Shown here piece by piece: positions 10,753 through 20,067 of a DNA stretch of 56,360 nt (within the stretch, counting starts at the first letter, position 1; every line of letters starts with the position of its first letter). A program made the translations under genes and the position numbers. The notes under the pieces were generated by a model that did no database searches, was not told the DNA's origin, and worked only from the letters and a program-made list of their open reading frames with translations. The stretch comes from an uncultured Clostridia bacterium (GTDB lineage: Bacteria; Bacillota; Clostridia; TANB77; CAG-465). Location of the stretch: positions 1 through 56,360 of the forward strand of contig CALXBS010000005.1 of the NCBI GenBank assembly GCA_944386605.1. The letters are read 5' to 3'.

Positions 10753-10807
10753 ATAATGCCCTCCTTGAGTAAAAAAATGTTTTTACAGTTACCAAAAAAT
10801 TATAAAC

Positions 10808-10836
10808 ATTATACTATAGAAAAGGAATAATGTCAA
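10808..10836 (-). promoter_or_regulatory. Sigma-A consensus promoter
   Basis: TTGACA-17 nt-TATAAT on the minus strand. Confidence 0.75.
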
Positions 10837-10888
10837 ATTCATTACATAATATTTTTTTCATTTCATATAGTTTATTAATGGTGATCAA

Positions 10889-12169
10889 ATGCAACAGTTG
10901 ATTTTTGGAATAGAAAAAATAGTATGGAGTCCTTTTTTGGTATTTTTTTTACTGGCAATTCATTTATATTTTACTTTTAAATTAAAGTTTCCGCAAAGAA
11001 AAATGTGGAAAGGATTACTCCTTATATTTAAAAAAGAAAGTAAAAGTGGTATTCATTCTTTTCAAGCACTTATGACCATTTTAGCAGGAACATTAGGAGT
11101 AGGAAATATAGTAGGAGTAGCAGGAGCCATTACCATAGGTGGAATCGGAAGTGTTTTTTGGATTTTTATATCTGGAGTCTTTGCAATTGCTACAAAATAT
11201 GCAGAAACATATATTCCACTACGTTTTCGAAAGAAAGAAAAGGGAAAATATGTAGGAGGAGCAATGTATGTTTTAAAAGAAAAACTTGGCTTTTTAAAAC
11301 TTGCTTTTTTGTTTAGTGTTTTTGTTGTGCTATCTTCTTTTGGTAGCATTATGATTCAAGCAAATTCTATGGTAGAAATCATTAGCACAGAAATTCCTGG
11401 TACAAAAATATGTCTGGCGATTTTTGTTACGGTTATTGCATGTTATATTGTTTTTGGAAATGAAAAAAGAATTGCAAGTATTAATGGAATTTTTGTTCCT
11501 ATCGCAATTATTCTATATTTATATATGTGTGTATTTTTATTATTTCACTTTAAGGGACAAATCTTGATAGCCATTCAAAATATTATGCAGGAAGCCTTTT
11601 GTTTTAAGTCAGTCTGTGGTGGATTTTTTTCTTCTATTGCGATTCATGCGATGAATGTGGGACTTTCAAAAGGACTTTATTCAAATGAAGCGGGTATGGG
11701 AAGCTCTCCTTTATTTAATGTTAGTGTAGAGGGAAGTAAGAGTATAGAAGAAGAATCTTTAATTGCTTCTACCAGTGTTTTTATTGATACTGTGATCTTA
11801 TGTACCATTACGGGTGTGATACTAGTAGCAAGTAATGTATGGCAATATACAGATAGTGCGATTACTTTGGTAAGAGATGTATTTGAAATGGTACCAGGAG
11901 GAAAGTTTTGTTTAAATGTATCCATTGCCATATTTGCTATTTCGACTTTGCCATGTATTGGGTATAACGGACTGGTTGGAATTAAATATATTTTTCATAA
12001 CAAGAATTTTTATGAGTATGTATATAAACTAAGTTATTTAATTTGTACTTTTGTTGGTTGCTTAACCAGTGTAGAAATTGTTTGGTCTATTTCTTCTATT
12101 TTTAATGCATTTATGATTTTCCCAAATGTTATTATGTTATATTGCTTAAAAAAGGACATAAAGACCTAA
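10889..12169 (+). CDS. Alanine/glycine:cation symporter (AGCS family)
   Basis: SFQAL...LAGTLGVGNIVGVA.AI..GG.GSVFW, ATKYAE, GGAMY, GLYSNEAGMGS and VFIDT..LCT.TG motifs. Confidence 0.9.
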   Translation: MQQLIFGIEKIVWSPFLVFFLLAIHLYFTFKLKFPQRKMWKGLLLIFKKESKSGIHSFQALMTILAGTLGVGNIVGVAGAITIGGIGSVFWIFISGVFAIATKYAETYIPLRFRKKEKGKYVGGAMYVLKEKLGFLKLAFLFSVFVVLSSFGSIMIQANSMVEIISTEIPGTKICLAIFVTVIACYIVFGNEKRIASINGIFVPIAIILYLYMCVFLLFHFKGQILIAIQNIMQEAFCFKSVCGGFFSSIAIHAMNVGLSKGLYSNEAGMGSSPLFNVSVEGSKSIEEESLIASTSVFIDTVILCTITGVILVASNVWQYTDSAITLVRDVFEMVPGGKFCLNVSIAIFAISTLPCIGYNGLVGIKYIFHNKNFYEYVYKLSYLICTFVGCLTSVEIVWSISSIFNAFMIFPNVIMLYCLKKDIKT

Positions 12170-12182
12170 GTCTTTATGCCCC
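12154..12182. terminator. Hairpin shared by the convergent AGCS gene and orphan gene
   Basis: GGACATAAAGAC-CTAA-GTCTTTATGCCC, overlapping the AGCS stop codon. Confidence 0.55.
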
Positions 12183-12190
12183 CACAAGCT

Positions 12191-12592
12191 TTAGTTCAAA
12201 GTTACATCCGAAATCTGGTACCAGTTATTGGTACTGGTGGCGTCCTCATTATCTTCCCGCAGTGCAACAATGCAAATTTCACGTAGCGGAGAGCTGATTA
12301 CCGGCACATCTACCCGGATGAAGTTTACACCGGTTTTTGCCTTTAAGTCAACAGCATGATGCGGGCAGCCGTCGGAAGCAACGGTCTTTAATTCCAACCG
12401 CAGATTCAACTCCTTCTGGACTGTTAAGTTAAACCTCATAGTGTGAAGTGCGCTGATCTCTTCAAAGTCTACGCCATTGCGAAGACAGATCCCATGCCCT
12501 TCGTACCGGTCGAAGTTTACCTCCATTTTTTCTCCTATTTCCCGGATTTTGCCATATCCATTTGGATATGTGAAAAAGAATGCCTGTTTCAT
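12191..12592 (-). CDS. Hypothetical protein (133 aa), GC-richer than its flanks
   Basis: RBS AGGAGG and its own consensus promoter. Hand count 28/60 G+C at 12301-12360 versus 13/60 at 12001-12060. Confidence 0.75.
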   Translation of the reverse strand: MKQAFFFTYPNGYGKIREIGEKMEVNFDRYEGHGICLRNGVDFEEISALHTMRFNLTVQKELNLRLELKTVASDGCPHHAVDLKAKTGVNFIRVDVPVISSPLREICIVALREDNEDATSTNNWYQISDVTLN

Positions 12593-12642
12593 AAATGAAG
12601 TCCTCCTAAAAAATTTTCTAGAGTTTTAATACTCATAGTTTC

Positions 12643-12671
12643 ATTATACTATAAAACAAGTTTTATGTCAA
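12643..12671 (-). promoter_or_regulatory. Sigma-A consensus promoter
   Basis: TTGACA-17 nt-TATAAT on the minus strand. Confidence 0.75.
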
Positions 12672-12721
12672 TTAATAAGCTTGTCGAAATAAGTAACTTA
12701 ATAAAAAAGTCATAAAAAAAT

Positions 12722-12750
12722 TTGACAAACATAAAATATTATAGTATAAT
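12722..12750 (+). promoter_or_regulatory. Sigma-A consensus promoter
   Basis: TTGACA-17 nt-TATAAT. Confidence 0.75.
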
Positions 12751-12819
12751 TATAAATACGCAAAAAAATAATATATCTTTATATTAAAAGATAGGATTAA
12801 ATTTAAAGGAGGAAATTAT

Positions 12820-13455
12820 ATGAAGATGTTAAGAGAAATGGGTGGATGTATCGGCAGAAGATTTGGTAGTTATGGAAACGAGTTTTCTTCTTTCTTAAGA
12901 GGTAATATTGGGGGACACTACTATATTAACTTTTGCAATGATGATACCAAGATCCGGGAAATCTTAAATGCTTTTGAGTCTGCCGGCAAAGAGGAAAAAG
13001 AAGCTTTGATTGTAGCCTATCGTGCAAGAATACAGCAATTGCTTTATCAGAACGAGTTCGTAGTTAGACCAGCTCAAAGACATACCGGGATTCCAAGCAT
13101 TGAAGTAGGCAACATGCCGGGGTTCATTTTAAGCTATGGAAGTGACAAAGAAGAATTCGTGGAGCATGGAGCGGATATTTATTTTCCGAAAAAGTATCTT
13201 GCCGATATCAAAGAGATCCAGAAAATCCAGTCCGGTTATGAGACACAGAAAAGAATGGATGGTATTTTTTCGATTGCCCAGCCGATAGAAGGATTACATT
13301 TCTATGTGGTAACACGTGAACCTAAGTACAGACAGACTTTTTATGTTGAGAAATGTGTTCCGGATTTTTCTACTTTGGATTATAACGTAGTAAAAATGAA
13401 TATAACATCGAAAGACAAAGAAACTCTTTTAAGCGATTGCAAAATCATTGCTTGA
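12820..13455 (+). CDS. Hypothetical protein (211 aa)
   Basis: RBS AAGGAGG, its own promoter and terminator; no recognisable motif. Confidence 0.75.
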   Translation: MKMLREMGGCIGRRFGSYGNEFSSFLRGNIGGHYYINFCNDDTKIREILNAFESAGKEEKEALIVAYRARIQQLLYQNEFVVRPAQRHTGIPSIEVGNMPGFILSYGSDKEEFVEHGADIYFPKKYLADIKEIQKIQSGYETQKRMDGIFSIAQPIEGLHFYVVTREPKYRQTFYVEKCVPDFSTLDYNVVKMNITSKDKETLLSDCKIIA

Positions 13456-13462
13456 GAGTGGG

Positions 13463-13487
13463 AGCAGGGGGAAACCTCTGCTTTTTT
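13463..13487 (+). terminator. Rho-independent terminator
   Basis: AGCAGGGG-GAAA-CCTCTGCT followed by a T-run. Confidence 0.75.
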
Positions 13488-13564
13488 GCGCAAAATTTTC
13501 TTTATTTTGATTTACAATACCTGGTTTAGATGATATAATTTCTTAAACGCAGGAGGTGAAATAA

Positions 13565-16500
13565 ATGAGTTTTGTTCATTTACATTTGCATACAGAGTAT
13601 AGTTTATTAGATGGAGCAATTCGAATCGATAAATTAGTTGAAAAAGTAAAGAAAATGGGAATGAATGCAGTAGCAATTACAGATCATGGAAACATGTTTG
13701 GGGCAGTAGATTTTTACAAGAAATGTTTAGCGGAAGGAATAAAACCTATTATTGGTTGTGAGGTATATGTAGCTCCTAGAAGTAGATTTGATAAAGAGGG
13801 AAAGATTGATACAGAGCCAAATCATTTAATACTCCTTGCTATGAATAATACAGGATATCATAATTTGGTTAAGATATGTTCTGCGGGTTATACGGAAGGC
13901 TTTTATTACAAACCACGTATTGATATGGATTTATTAAAAAAGTATCAAGAAGGAATTATTTGCTTATCTGCATGTCTTGCGGGTGAATTACCAAGAAAAA
14001 TTATGAATGGTGATATAGAGGGAGCTAGAAAAACCATACAATCTTTTATTGATATTTTTGGAAAAGAAAGGTATTTTTTAGAAGTACAGGATAATAAATT
14101 AAGAGAGCAATTACTAGTTAATCAAAATTTAGTAGTGCTTGCAAAAGAATTTGGTTTAGAGTTAGTAGCTACTAATGATTGTCATTATTTAGATAAAGAA
14201 GATTATGATTTTCATGAGGTATTGTTATGTATTCAGACTAGAAAAACTATAAAAGATGAAGACCGTATGTCTTTTTCTGTTAATGAATACTATGTAAAAT
14301 CAGAAGAGGAAATGAGTGAGTCTTTTAAAAATATACCAAGTGCCATTCAAAACACGCAAAAAATTGCAGATATGTGTGATGTTACTTTACAATTTGGACA
14401 TACCATTCTTCCAGAATTTAAAATTGAAGAACCTATATCTCATTTAGAATATTTTAAAAGATTATGCTATGAAGGCTTAGAGAAAAAATATACTGGTGCT
14501 CAAAAAGAAGAAGCAAAGAAAAGACTAGAATATGAAATAGAAATTATTGATAAAATGGGATATATTGATTATTTTTTAATTGTTGCTGATTTTATAGCAT
14601 ACGCAAAGTCACAAAATATTCCAGTAGGGCCTGGAAGAGGTAGTGGAGCTGGTTCTATAGCTGCTTACTTGATAGGGATTACGGCTATTGATCCAATCAA
14701 ATTTAATCTTATTTTTGAAAGATTTTTAAATCCAGAAAGAGTGAGTATGCCCGATTTTGACGTGGATTTTTGCTATGAACGACGTCAAGAGGTAATTGAT
14801 TATGTAAGTCGCAAATATGGTAAGGATCATGTTGCACAAATTATTACGTTTGGAACGATGGCTGCAAGAGCTGCAGTAAGGGATGTTGGACGTGTATTAG
14901 ACATTTCTTATCAAAAGGTAGATACAGTAGCAAAACTAATACCAAGATCTTTAAATATGACAATTGATCATGCGTTAGAACTTTCCAAAGAGTTAAGAGA
15001 TTTATTTGAAGAAGATCCAGAAGTGCAAAGGTTAATTCAAATATCTAAAAAGGTAGAAGGACTTGCAAGACATGCTTCTACCCATGCAGCAGGCGTGGTT
15101 ATTACAAAAGAGCCAGTTGTAAATTATGTTCCATTGTATGAAAATGATAATGTTATTTCAACCCAATATACCATGACAACACTGGAAGAATTAGGACTTT
15201 TAAAAGTAGATTTTCTGGGCTTAAGAACTTTAACAGTTATTTCTGATACACTTAAAATGATAAAAAAGATATATGGAATAGATATTCATTTTGAGGAAGT
15301 ATTAGAGGATAAAGAAACGTTTCAAATGTTAACAGAAGGAAAAACAATGGGCGTTTTTCAAATGGAAAGTCCTGGATTTAGACAGATGATGATGAAATTA
15401 AAACCCGATTCTTTAGAAGATATTATTGTAATGATTTCACTTTATAGGCCGGGGCCAATGGAACAAATTCCAAGATATATTGAGAATAAAAATCATCCAG
15501 AGCATATTATCTATACACATGAGGCGTTAAAACCAATTTTAGAAAATACCTACGGATGTATGGTATATCAAGAACAAGTTATGCAAATTTTTAGAGATTT
15601 AGCAGATTATAGTCTTGGTAGAGCAGATTTGGTAAGACGTGCGATGAGCAAGAAGAAAATGGATGTTATGAAAAAGGAAAGAGAAGTTTTTATACAAGGT
15701 GCAAAAAAACATGGAATTGATGAAGAAAGCAGTAATAGAATTTTTGATGAAATTGCTGAATTTGCAAAATATGCATTTAACAAATCTCATGCTGCAGCAT
15801 ATGCTGTAGTTGCTTACCAAACAGCATATTTAAAGTGTCATTATACCAAAGAATTTATGGCTGCAACTATGAATAGTATGTTAGGAAATTTAAATAAAAT
15901 TCCTGTATATATTAATGAATGTAAAGAGTTAAATATTCAAGTATTAAGACCGGATATTAATGAAAGTTATTCTAAGTTTGCAGTTATTAATGGAAGTATT
16001 CGTTTTGCATTAACTTCTATTAAAAATGTAGGAGAAAATGCCATTCAAGAAATTATTAAAAATAGAAAGCAAAATGGGGCGTTTAAAAGCTTTATTGACT
16101 TTTGTGAAAGAGTAGCAAGTGAAAGTGTGAATAAAAAATGCGTTGAAAGTTTGATTAAAGCGGGATGTTTTGATGAATTAGAAAAAGAATATACAAGGTT
16201 TGATTTATTAGATAATTTTGAAAAGATGATGGATGGTGTCAATCAAACAAGGAGAAATAATTATGCAAATCAAATGAATTTTTTTGAAACGGAAAATACG
16301 GATAATACTTCACAGTTAGTAATTATACGAAGTCAAAAGAAACCAAGTAAAAAAGAATTATTAGATATGGAAAAAGAAATGCTAGGATTATATGTTTCGG
16401 GACATCCTTTAGATGAATATTTAGAGTATATTGATAAGTATGCTACTGTTACATCACAAGAGTTAAATATTGAAGAGAGTGAAGAAGAAGCTTTAGAAGA

Positions 16501-17008
16501 GGAAATAGAGAAGAAAGATTATGATGGAAAAATGGTTACTTTTTGTGGTATTATCTCTCATACCAAAGTTTTTATCACCAAAAGTAATACACAAATGTTA
16601 TTTGCTCAAATAGAAGATCGATATGGTAGTGTAGAACTTGTTGTATTTCCAAATATTTATCAAAAATATAGTAGTTTACTTGCAAAAGATCAGGTTGTAA
16701 AAATTGTAGGAAAAGTAAGTATGAAGGAAAATGAAAAGACAAAAATCATTGTAAATGAGGTAGAGCTTATTACCAAACAAGTAAAAATTTATATTAGAAT
16801 TCCAAAAGACAAATTTGATTTAGAACCTAGAGTAATTTCTTTTATTAAGTCTTTAGAGGAAAGTAGAGGAAGTAATCCTGTTTATCTTTTTTATGAAGGA
16901 ACCAATAAAGTCAAATTACTTAGTAAAGAATTTTGTTTAAATTCGCAAGATGAAACGATTCATAAATTAAAAATGGCTTTTGGAGATGAAAATGTAAAAT
17001 TAAAATAA
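13565..17008 (+). CDS. dnaE: DNA polymerase III alpha subunit
   Basis: PHP domain FVHLHLHTEYSLLDG, GPGRGSGAGS, FERFLNPER..MPDFDVDF, HAAGVVI, YAFNKSH and a C-terminal OB fold. Confidence 0.97.
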   Translation: MSFVHLHLHTEYSLLDGAIRIDKLVEKVKKMGMNAVAITDHGNMFGAVDFYKKCLAEGIKPIIGCEVYVAPRSRFDKEGKIDTEPNHLILLAMNNTGYHNLVKICSAGYTEGFYYKPRIDMDLLKKYQEGIICLSACLAGELPRKIMNGDIEGARKTIQSFIDIFGKERYFLEVQDNKLREQLLVNQNLVVLAKEFGLELVATNDCHYLDKEDYDFHEVLLCIQTRKTIKDEDRMSFSVNEYYVKSEEEMSESFKNIPSAIQNTQKIADMCDVTLQFGHTILPEFKIEEPISHLEYFKRLCYEGLEKKYTGAQKEEAKKRLEYEIEIIDKMGYIDYFLIVADFIAYAKSQNIPVGPGRGSGAGSIAAYLIGITAIDPIKFNLIFERFLNPERVSMPDFDVDFCYERRQEVIDYVSRKYGKDHVAQIITFGTMAARAAVRDVGRVLDISYQKVDTVAKLIPRSLNMTIDHALELSKELRDLFEEDPEVQRLIQISKKVEGLARHASTHAAGVVITKEPVVNYVPLYENDNVISTQYTMTTLEELGLLKVDFLGLRTLTVISDTLKMIKKIYGIDIHFEEVLEDKETFQMLTEGKTMGVFQMESPGFRQMMMKLKPDSLEDIIVMISLYRPGPMEQIPRYIENKNHPEHIIYTHEALKPILENTYGCMVYQEQVMQIFRDLADYSLGRADLVRRAMSKKKMDVMKKEREVFIQGAKKHGIDEESSNRIFDEIAEFAKYAFNKSHAAAYAVVAYQTAYLKCHYTKEFMAATMNSMLGNLNKIPVYINECKELNIQVLRPDINESYSKFAVINGSIRFALTSIKNVGENAIQEIIKNRKQNGAFKSFIDFCERVASESVNKKCVESLIKAGCFDELEKEYTRFDLLDNFEKMMDGVNQTRRNNYANQMNFFETENTDNTSQLVIIRSQKKPSKKELLDMEKEMLGLYVSGHPLDEYLEYIDKYATVTSQELNIEESEEEALEEEIEKKDYDGKMVTFCGIISHTKVFITKSNTQMLFAQIEDRYGSVELVVFPNIYQKYSSLLAKDQVVKIVGKVSMKENEKTKIIVNEVELITKQVKIYIRIPKDKFDLEPRVISFIKSLEESRGSNPVYLFYEGTNKVKLLSKEFCLNSQDETIHKLKMAFGDENVKLK

Positions 17009-17016
17009 CATTAAGT

Positions 17017-17056
17017 AAAGAAAGTAAATTTTATTTTAGGATTTACTTTCTTTTTT
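17017..17056 (+). terminator. Rho-independent terminator
   Basis: AAAGAAAGTAAAT...ATTTACTTTCTTTTTT. Confidence 0.65.
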
Positions 17057-17131
17057 GCTACATCCGTGTTATAATGGGGCAGGAAATGTATCATGTCACT
17101 TTAAAATGAAATGTGAAGAAAGGAGATCAAT

Positions 17132-18280
17132 ATGAATATTATTGAGGAAACTTTAAACAATCAAGAGGTTATGGTTTGTGTTTTGACAGGTGGCCCAGTA
17201 GCTGGAAAATCAAGTCTTGAAATTCCCATCATGGAACTTGCTCTTTGCTTAAATTACGACATGATTTGGATTGATGAGACGGCAACACAGTTGATTAACT
17301 CTGGTTTGAAGCCTGTTAATGGAATGACTTCTCCCCTGGAGTTTCAAAGGATTCTTTTTGAGTATCAACGTTTTAAAGAGGATCAGTATATTCATATGGA
17401 ACGGGAAACAAATAGAAAGTTAATCATCGTATGTGATAGAGGGTTACTCGATGCAAAAGCCTATATGAATGATAAGGAATGGAGTCAGTTACTTTCTATG
17501 GTAGGGACATCGGATGTGGAAATCTTATCACGTTATCTATTTGTGATTCATATGGTGACTGCAGCAGAAGGTGCAGAAGAGGCTTTTGAGGCAAATAGGG
17601 CAGGGAATAAGGCTCGTTCTAAGGATGAGACAAAAGATGTGGCAATTGCTTTAGACCACAAGATTAGAGAAGCGTATTTAGGGCATAGAAATGTTTTTTA
17701 TGTTTCTAATGAAACGGATTTTGAAGGGAAAAAGGAAAAGGCGTTAAAAATCTTTCTGTCTTGTATTGGAAAGAAAGAATTATCCGAACATCAGGAAAAG
17801 TATATCGTAGAAATCCCAAGCATTACGTATTTCTTTGAAAAAAAGGCTCAAAAGAGACATATTGTGCAGACTTACTTAAAGCCATATGGAAATGAAGAAA
17901 GACGTTTGAGAATGCTGGGAGATGGTAAAAACTTTGTCTATTATTTAAGCAGAAAGGAAATTGGTAGTAATACTGGTATCCAAGAAAAAAGAATTGGCAG
18001 AGATATGTACGATACTTTAATGATGGAAATGGATCCATCGAAGAAACCGATCATCAAAGATAGATGGTATTTTTCAGATCATAATGTCTATTACAATTTA
18101 GACGTTTATCCCAACTGGAAAAAGCATGCTATTTTAGAGATTCGAAGTAGTCAGGAGGATGTGATCACTCAGTTACCGCAAGATATTAAAATGGTAAAAA
18201 ATGTAACCGAGGATACGCGTTTTCAAAATTACCGCTTAAGCGAATATTTCCCGTTAGAAGAGGAGATTGTTACGTTATAA
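17132..18280 (+). CDS. P-loop AAA_28/NadR-like kinase fused to a CYTH-like domain (TTD14-like architecture)
   Basis: VLTGGPVAGKS Walker A, ETAT, CDRGLLDAKAY and VTAAEGAE. C-terminal I.QTYL, R.R, I.K.R..F and V.NVT motifs typical of CYTH folds. Confidence 0.75.
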   Translation: MNIIEETLNNQEVMVCVLTGGPVAGKSSLEIPIMELALCLNYDMIWIDETATQLINSGLKPVNGMTSPLEFQRILFEYQRFKEDQYIHMERETNRKLIIVCDRGLLDAKAYMNDKEWSQLLSMVGTSDVEILSRYLFVIHMVTAAEGAEEAFEANRAGNKARSKDETKDVAIALDHKIREAYLGHRNVFYVSNETDFEGKKEKALKIFLSCIGKKELSEHQEKYIVEIPSITYFFEKKAQKRHIVQTYLKPYGNEERRLRMLGDGKNFVYYLSRKEIGSNTGIQEKRIGRDMYDTLMMEMDPSKKPIIKDRWYFSDHNVYYNLDVYPNWKKHAILEIRSSQEDVITQLPQDIKMVKNVTEDTRFQNYRLSEYFPLEEEIVTL

Positions 18281-18287
18281 AAAAAAG

Positions 18288-18321
18288 AGAAAGGTCATGA
18301 GGTATTCATGGCCTTTCTTTT
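18288..18321. terminator. Bidirectional terminator
   Basis: AGAAAGGTCATGA-GGTAT-TCATGGCCTTTCT between convergent genes. Confidence 0.75.
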
Positions 18322-18332
18322 ATAACAATTTG

Positions 18333-19268
18333 TTATTTGTCCCCTTTTAATATTTCAGTAGCAGCACCTAAAGATCCCATTGCTTTTGTTGCGTCAAATG
18401 GAATAAACACTTTGTTAGCACTTCCTTGTGAAATTTTCTCTAATGCTTCTAATGATTTAATAGCTACTAGGTTTTGATCAGGTTTAGAATCCATAATAGC
18501 AGAGTATACAAGTTTAATTTCTGCTGCTTTAGCGTCAGCCACTTTTTTGATAGCTTCTGCATTTCCTTCTGCTTCTAATATTCTAGATTCTCTAATACCT
18601 TGTGCACGTCTTATGCTAGATTCACGTTCTGCTTCTGCATTTAGAATAGTTGCTTGTTTGCTACCTTCAGCAAGTGTGATGTCTGCTTGACGTTTACCTT
18701 CTGCTTCTAAGATGATTGCTCTTTTATTTCTTTCTGCATTCATTTGTTTTTCCATTGCGTCACGAATGTCAGCTGGTGGTTTGATGTCTTTAATTTCCAC
18801 TCTATCTACTTTACATCCCCATTTGTCTGTTGCTTCATCAAGAACGTTTCTTAATTGTGTATTGATTGCTTCTCTAGAGCTAAAAGTTGCGTCAAGATCC
18901 ATTTTACCAACAATATCACGAATGGTAGTAATGGCAATGTAAGCAATACCTTTTTGAAGACTTTCAATTTCATAAACTGCCTTTACTGGATCGATAATTT
19001 GATAGAATACAACGGTATCAATTGTAATAGTAACATTATCTTTTGTAATTACACTTTGTGGTGTTACATCCATAGTTTGTTGTTTTAAACTAACAACCGC
19101 TCTTACAGAATCAACAAAAGGTAATAGGAAATTAAGACCTGCTTCAGCAGTATAATGGTATTTTCCTAAACGTTCTATAATTCTTACTTCTGATTGTCTA
19201 ACAACTTTAACAGAAGTTGCAGCAATGATTAGTCCAACAACAATAACGATAATAAAAAATATATACAT
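18333..19268 (-). CDS. SPFH/band-7 (QmcA/stomatin-like) membrane protein
   Basis: N-terminal TM, ERLGKY, PQSVITKDNV, WG.KV.RVEIKDI.PP and AMEKQM.AER.KRA.ILEAEG. Confidence 0.93.
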   Translation of the reverse strand: MYIFFIIVIVVGLIIAATSVKVVRQSEVRIIERLGKYHYTAEAGLNFLLPFVDSVRAVVSLKQQTMDVTPQSVITKDNVTITIDTVVFYQIIDPVKAVYEIESLQKGIAYIAITTIRDIVGKMDLDATFSSREAINTQLRNVLDEATDKWGCKVDRVEIKDIKPPADIRDAMEKQMNAERNKRAIILEAEGKRQADITLAEGSKQATILNAEAERESSIRRAQGIRESRILEAEGNAEAIKKVADAKAAEIKLVYSAIMDSKPDQNLVAIKSLEALEKISQGSANKVFIPFDATKAMGSLGAATEILKGDK

Positions 19269-19280
19269 AATGTTTCCTCC

Positions 19281-19715
19281 TTATATTTTTTTTACGATTA
19301 ACTTTACGCCATCAATTTTTTCTACAATAACCGTATCTCCCATTTTAACAGGTTTGGTATTGTCTAAAATAATAGCTGACCAAAGTTCACCCTCGATTTT
19401 TACTTGACCAATTTGTTCTGTATTTAAAATGTCTTTGATAACAGTTCCTTTTTTTCCAATAATAGCATTTTTATTCATGGCCACATCTTTTGTTTTAAAT
19501 AATTTTTGTGTTAAAGGTTTTATAAATAGTAGCATGATTAATGTCGATATGGCAAAAACTGCAATTTGTATTCCAATATTTGGTGTAATTAAACTAGTAA
19601 TAAAGGCAAGTAAGGCACCAATTCCAGGCCAAAACATTAAAAATGAAACGGTAAATATTTCTATTAGTAAACAAATTCCACTGATAATTAGCCATATGAT
19701 CCAAGTAGGTATCAT
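19281..19715 (-). CDS. NfeD family membrane protein
   Basis: Hydrophobic N-terminus, G+VKI.GE.WSA OB-fold C-terminus; directly upstream of the SPFH gene. Confidence 0.9.
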   Translation of the reverse strand: MIPTWIIWLIISGICLLIEIFTVSFLMFWPGIGALLAFITSLITPNIGIQIAVFAISTLIMLLFIKPLTQKLFKTKDVAMNKNAIIGKKGTVIKDILNTEQIGQVKIEGELWSAIILDNTKPVKMGDTVIVEKIDGVKLIVKKI

Positions 19716-19909
19716 AAAAACTCCCTCCTCCTTAGATATAATATATGTACATATTATATAATAATTTTATGAAAATCACAAGAGATAATGCTGAAATTAA
19801 AACGAAAGTAATAAAAAGTAAAAAAATATCATAAAAACGATTGAATTTTTATATAATTTATAGTATGGTATATGTAGAAAGATATTTATTTTAAGGAGAA
19901 ATAGTCATT

Positions 19910-19926
19910 TGTAATGAAAATGTAAT
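19910..19926 (+). promoter_or_regulatory. WalR/OmpR-type direct repeat upstream of the M23 peptidase promoter
   Basis: TGTAAT-N5-TGTAAT matches TGTWAH-N5-TGTWAH and lies 4 nt upstream of TTGACT-17 nt-TAGAAT (19931-19959). Confidence 0.55.
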
Positions 19927-19994
19927 AAACTTGACTTATGATTTGGAATATGATAGAATAAGTCTGCTTTTATAATTGCTAGCTTTGTAATAAT

Positions 19995-20023
19995 TTGACT
20001 TATTTATAAAAATATGTTATAAT
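19995..20023 (+). promoter_or_regulatory. Second sigma-A promoter of the M23 gene
   Basis: TTGACT-17 nt-TATAAT with an extended TG. Confidence 0.6.
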
Positions 20024-20067
20024 AAAACTTGTATGACTAATTTAAAAGGAAGGTGCAAATTTTAGTT

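Noticed and set aside
10845..10875. Possible sigma-E/sigma-K promoter (CATA-containing -10) upstream of the AGCS gene
   Set aside because: The motif is too degenerate to call in such AT-rich DNA.
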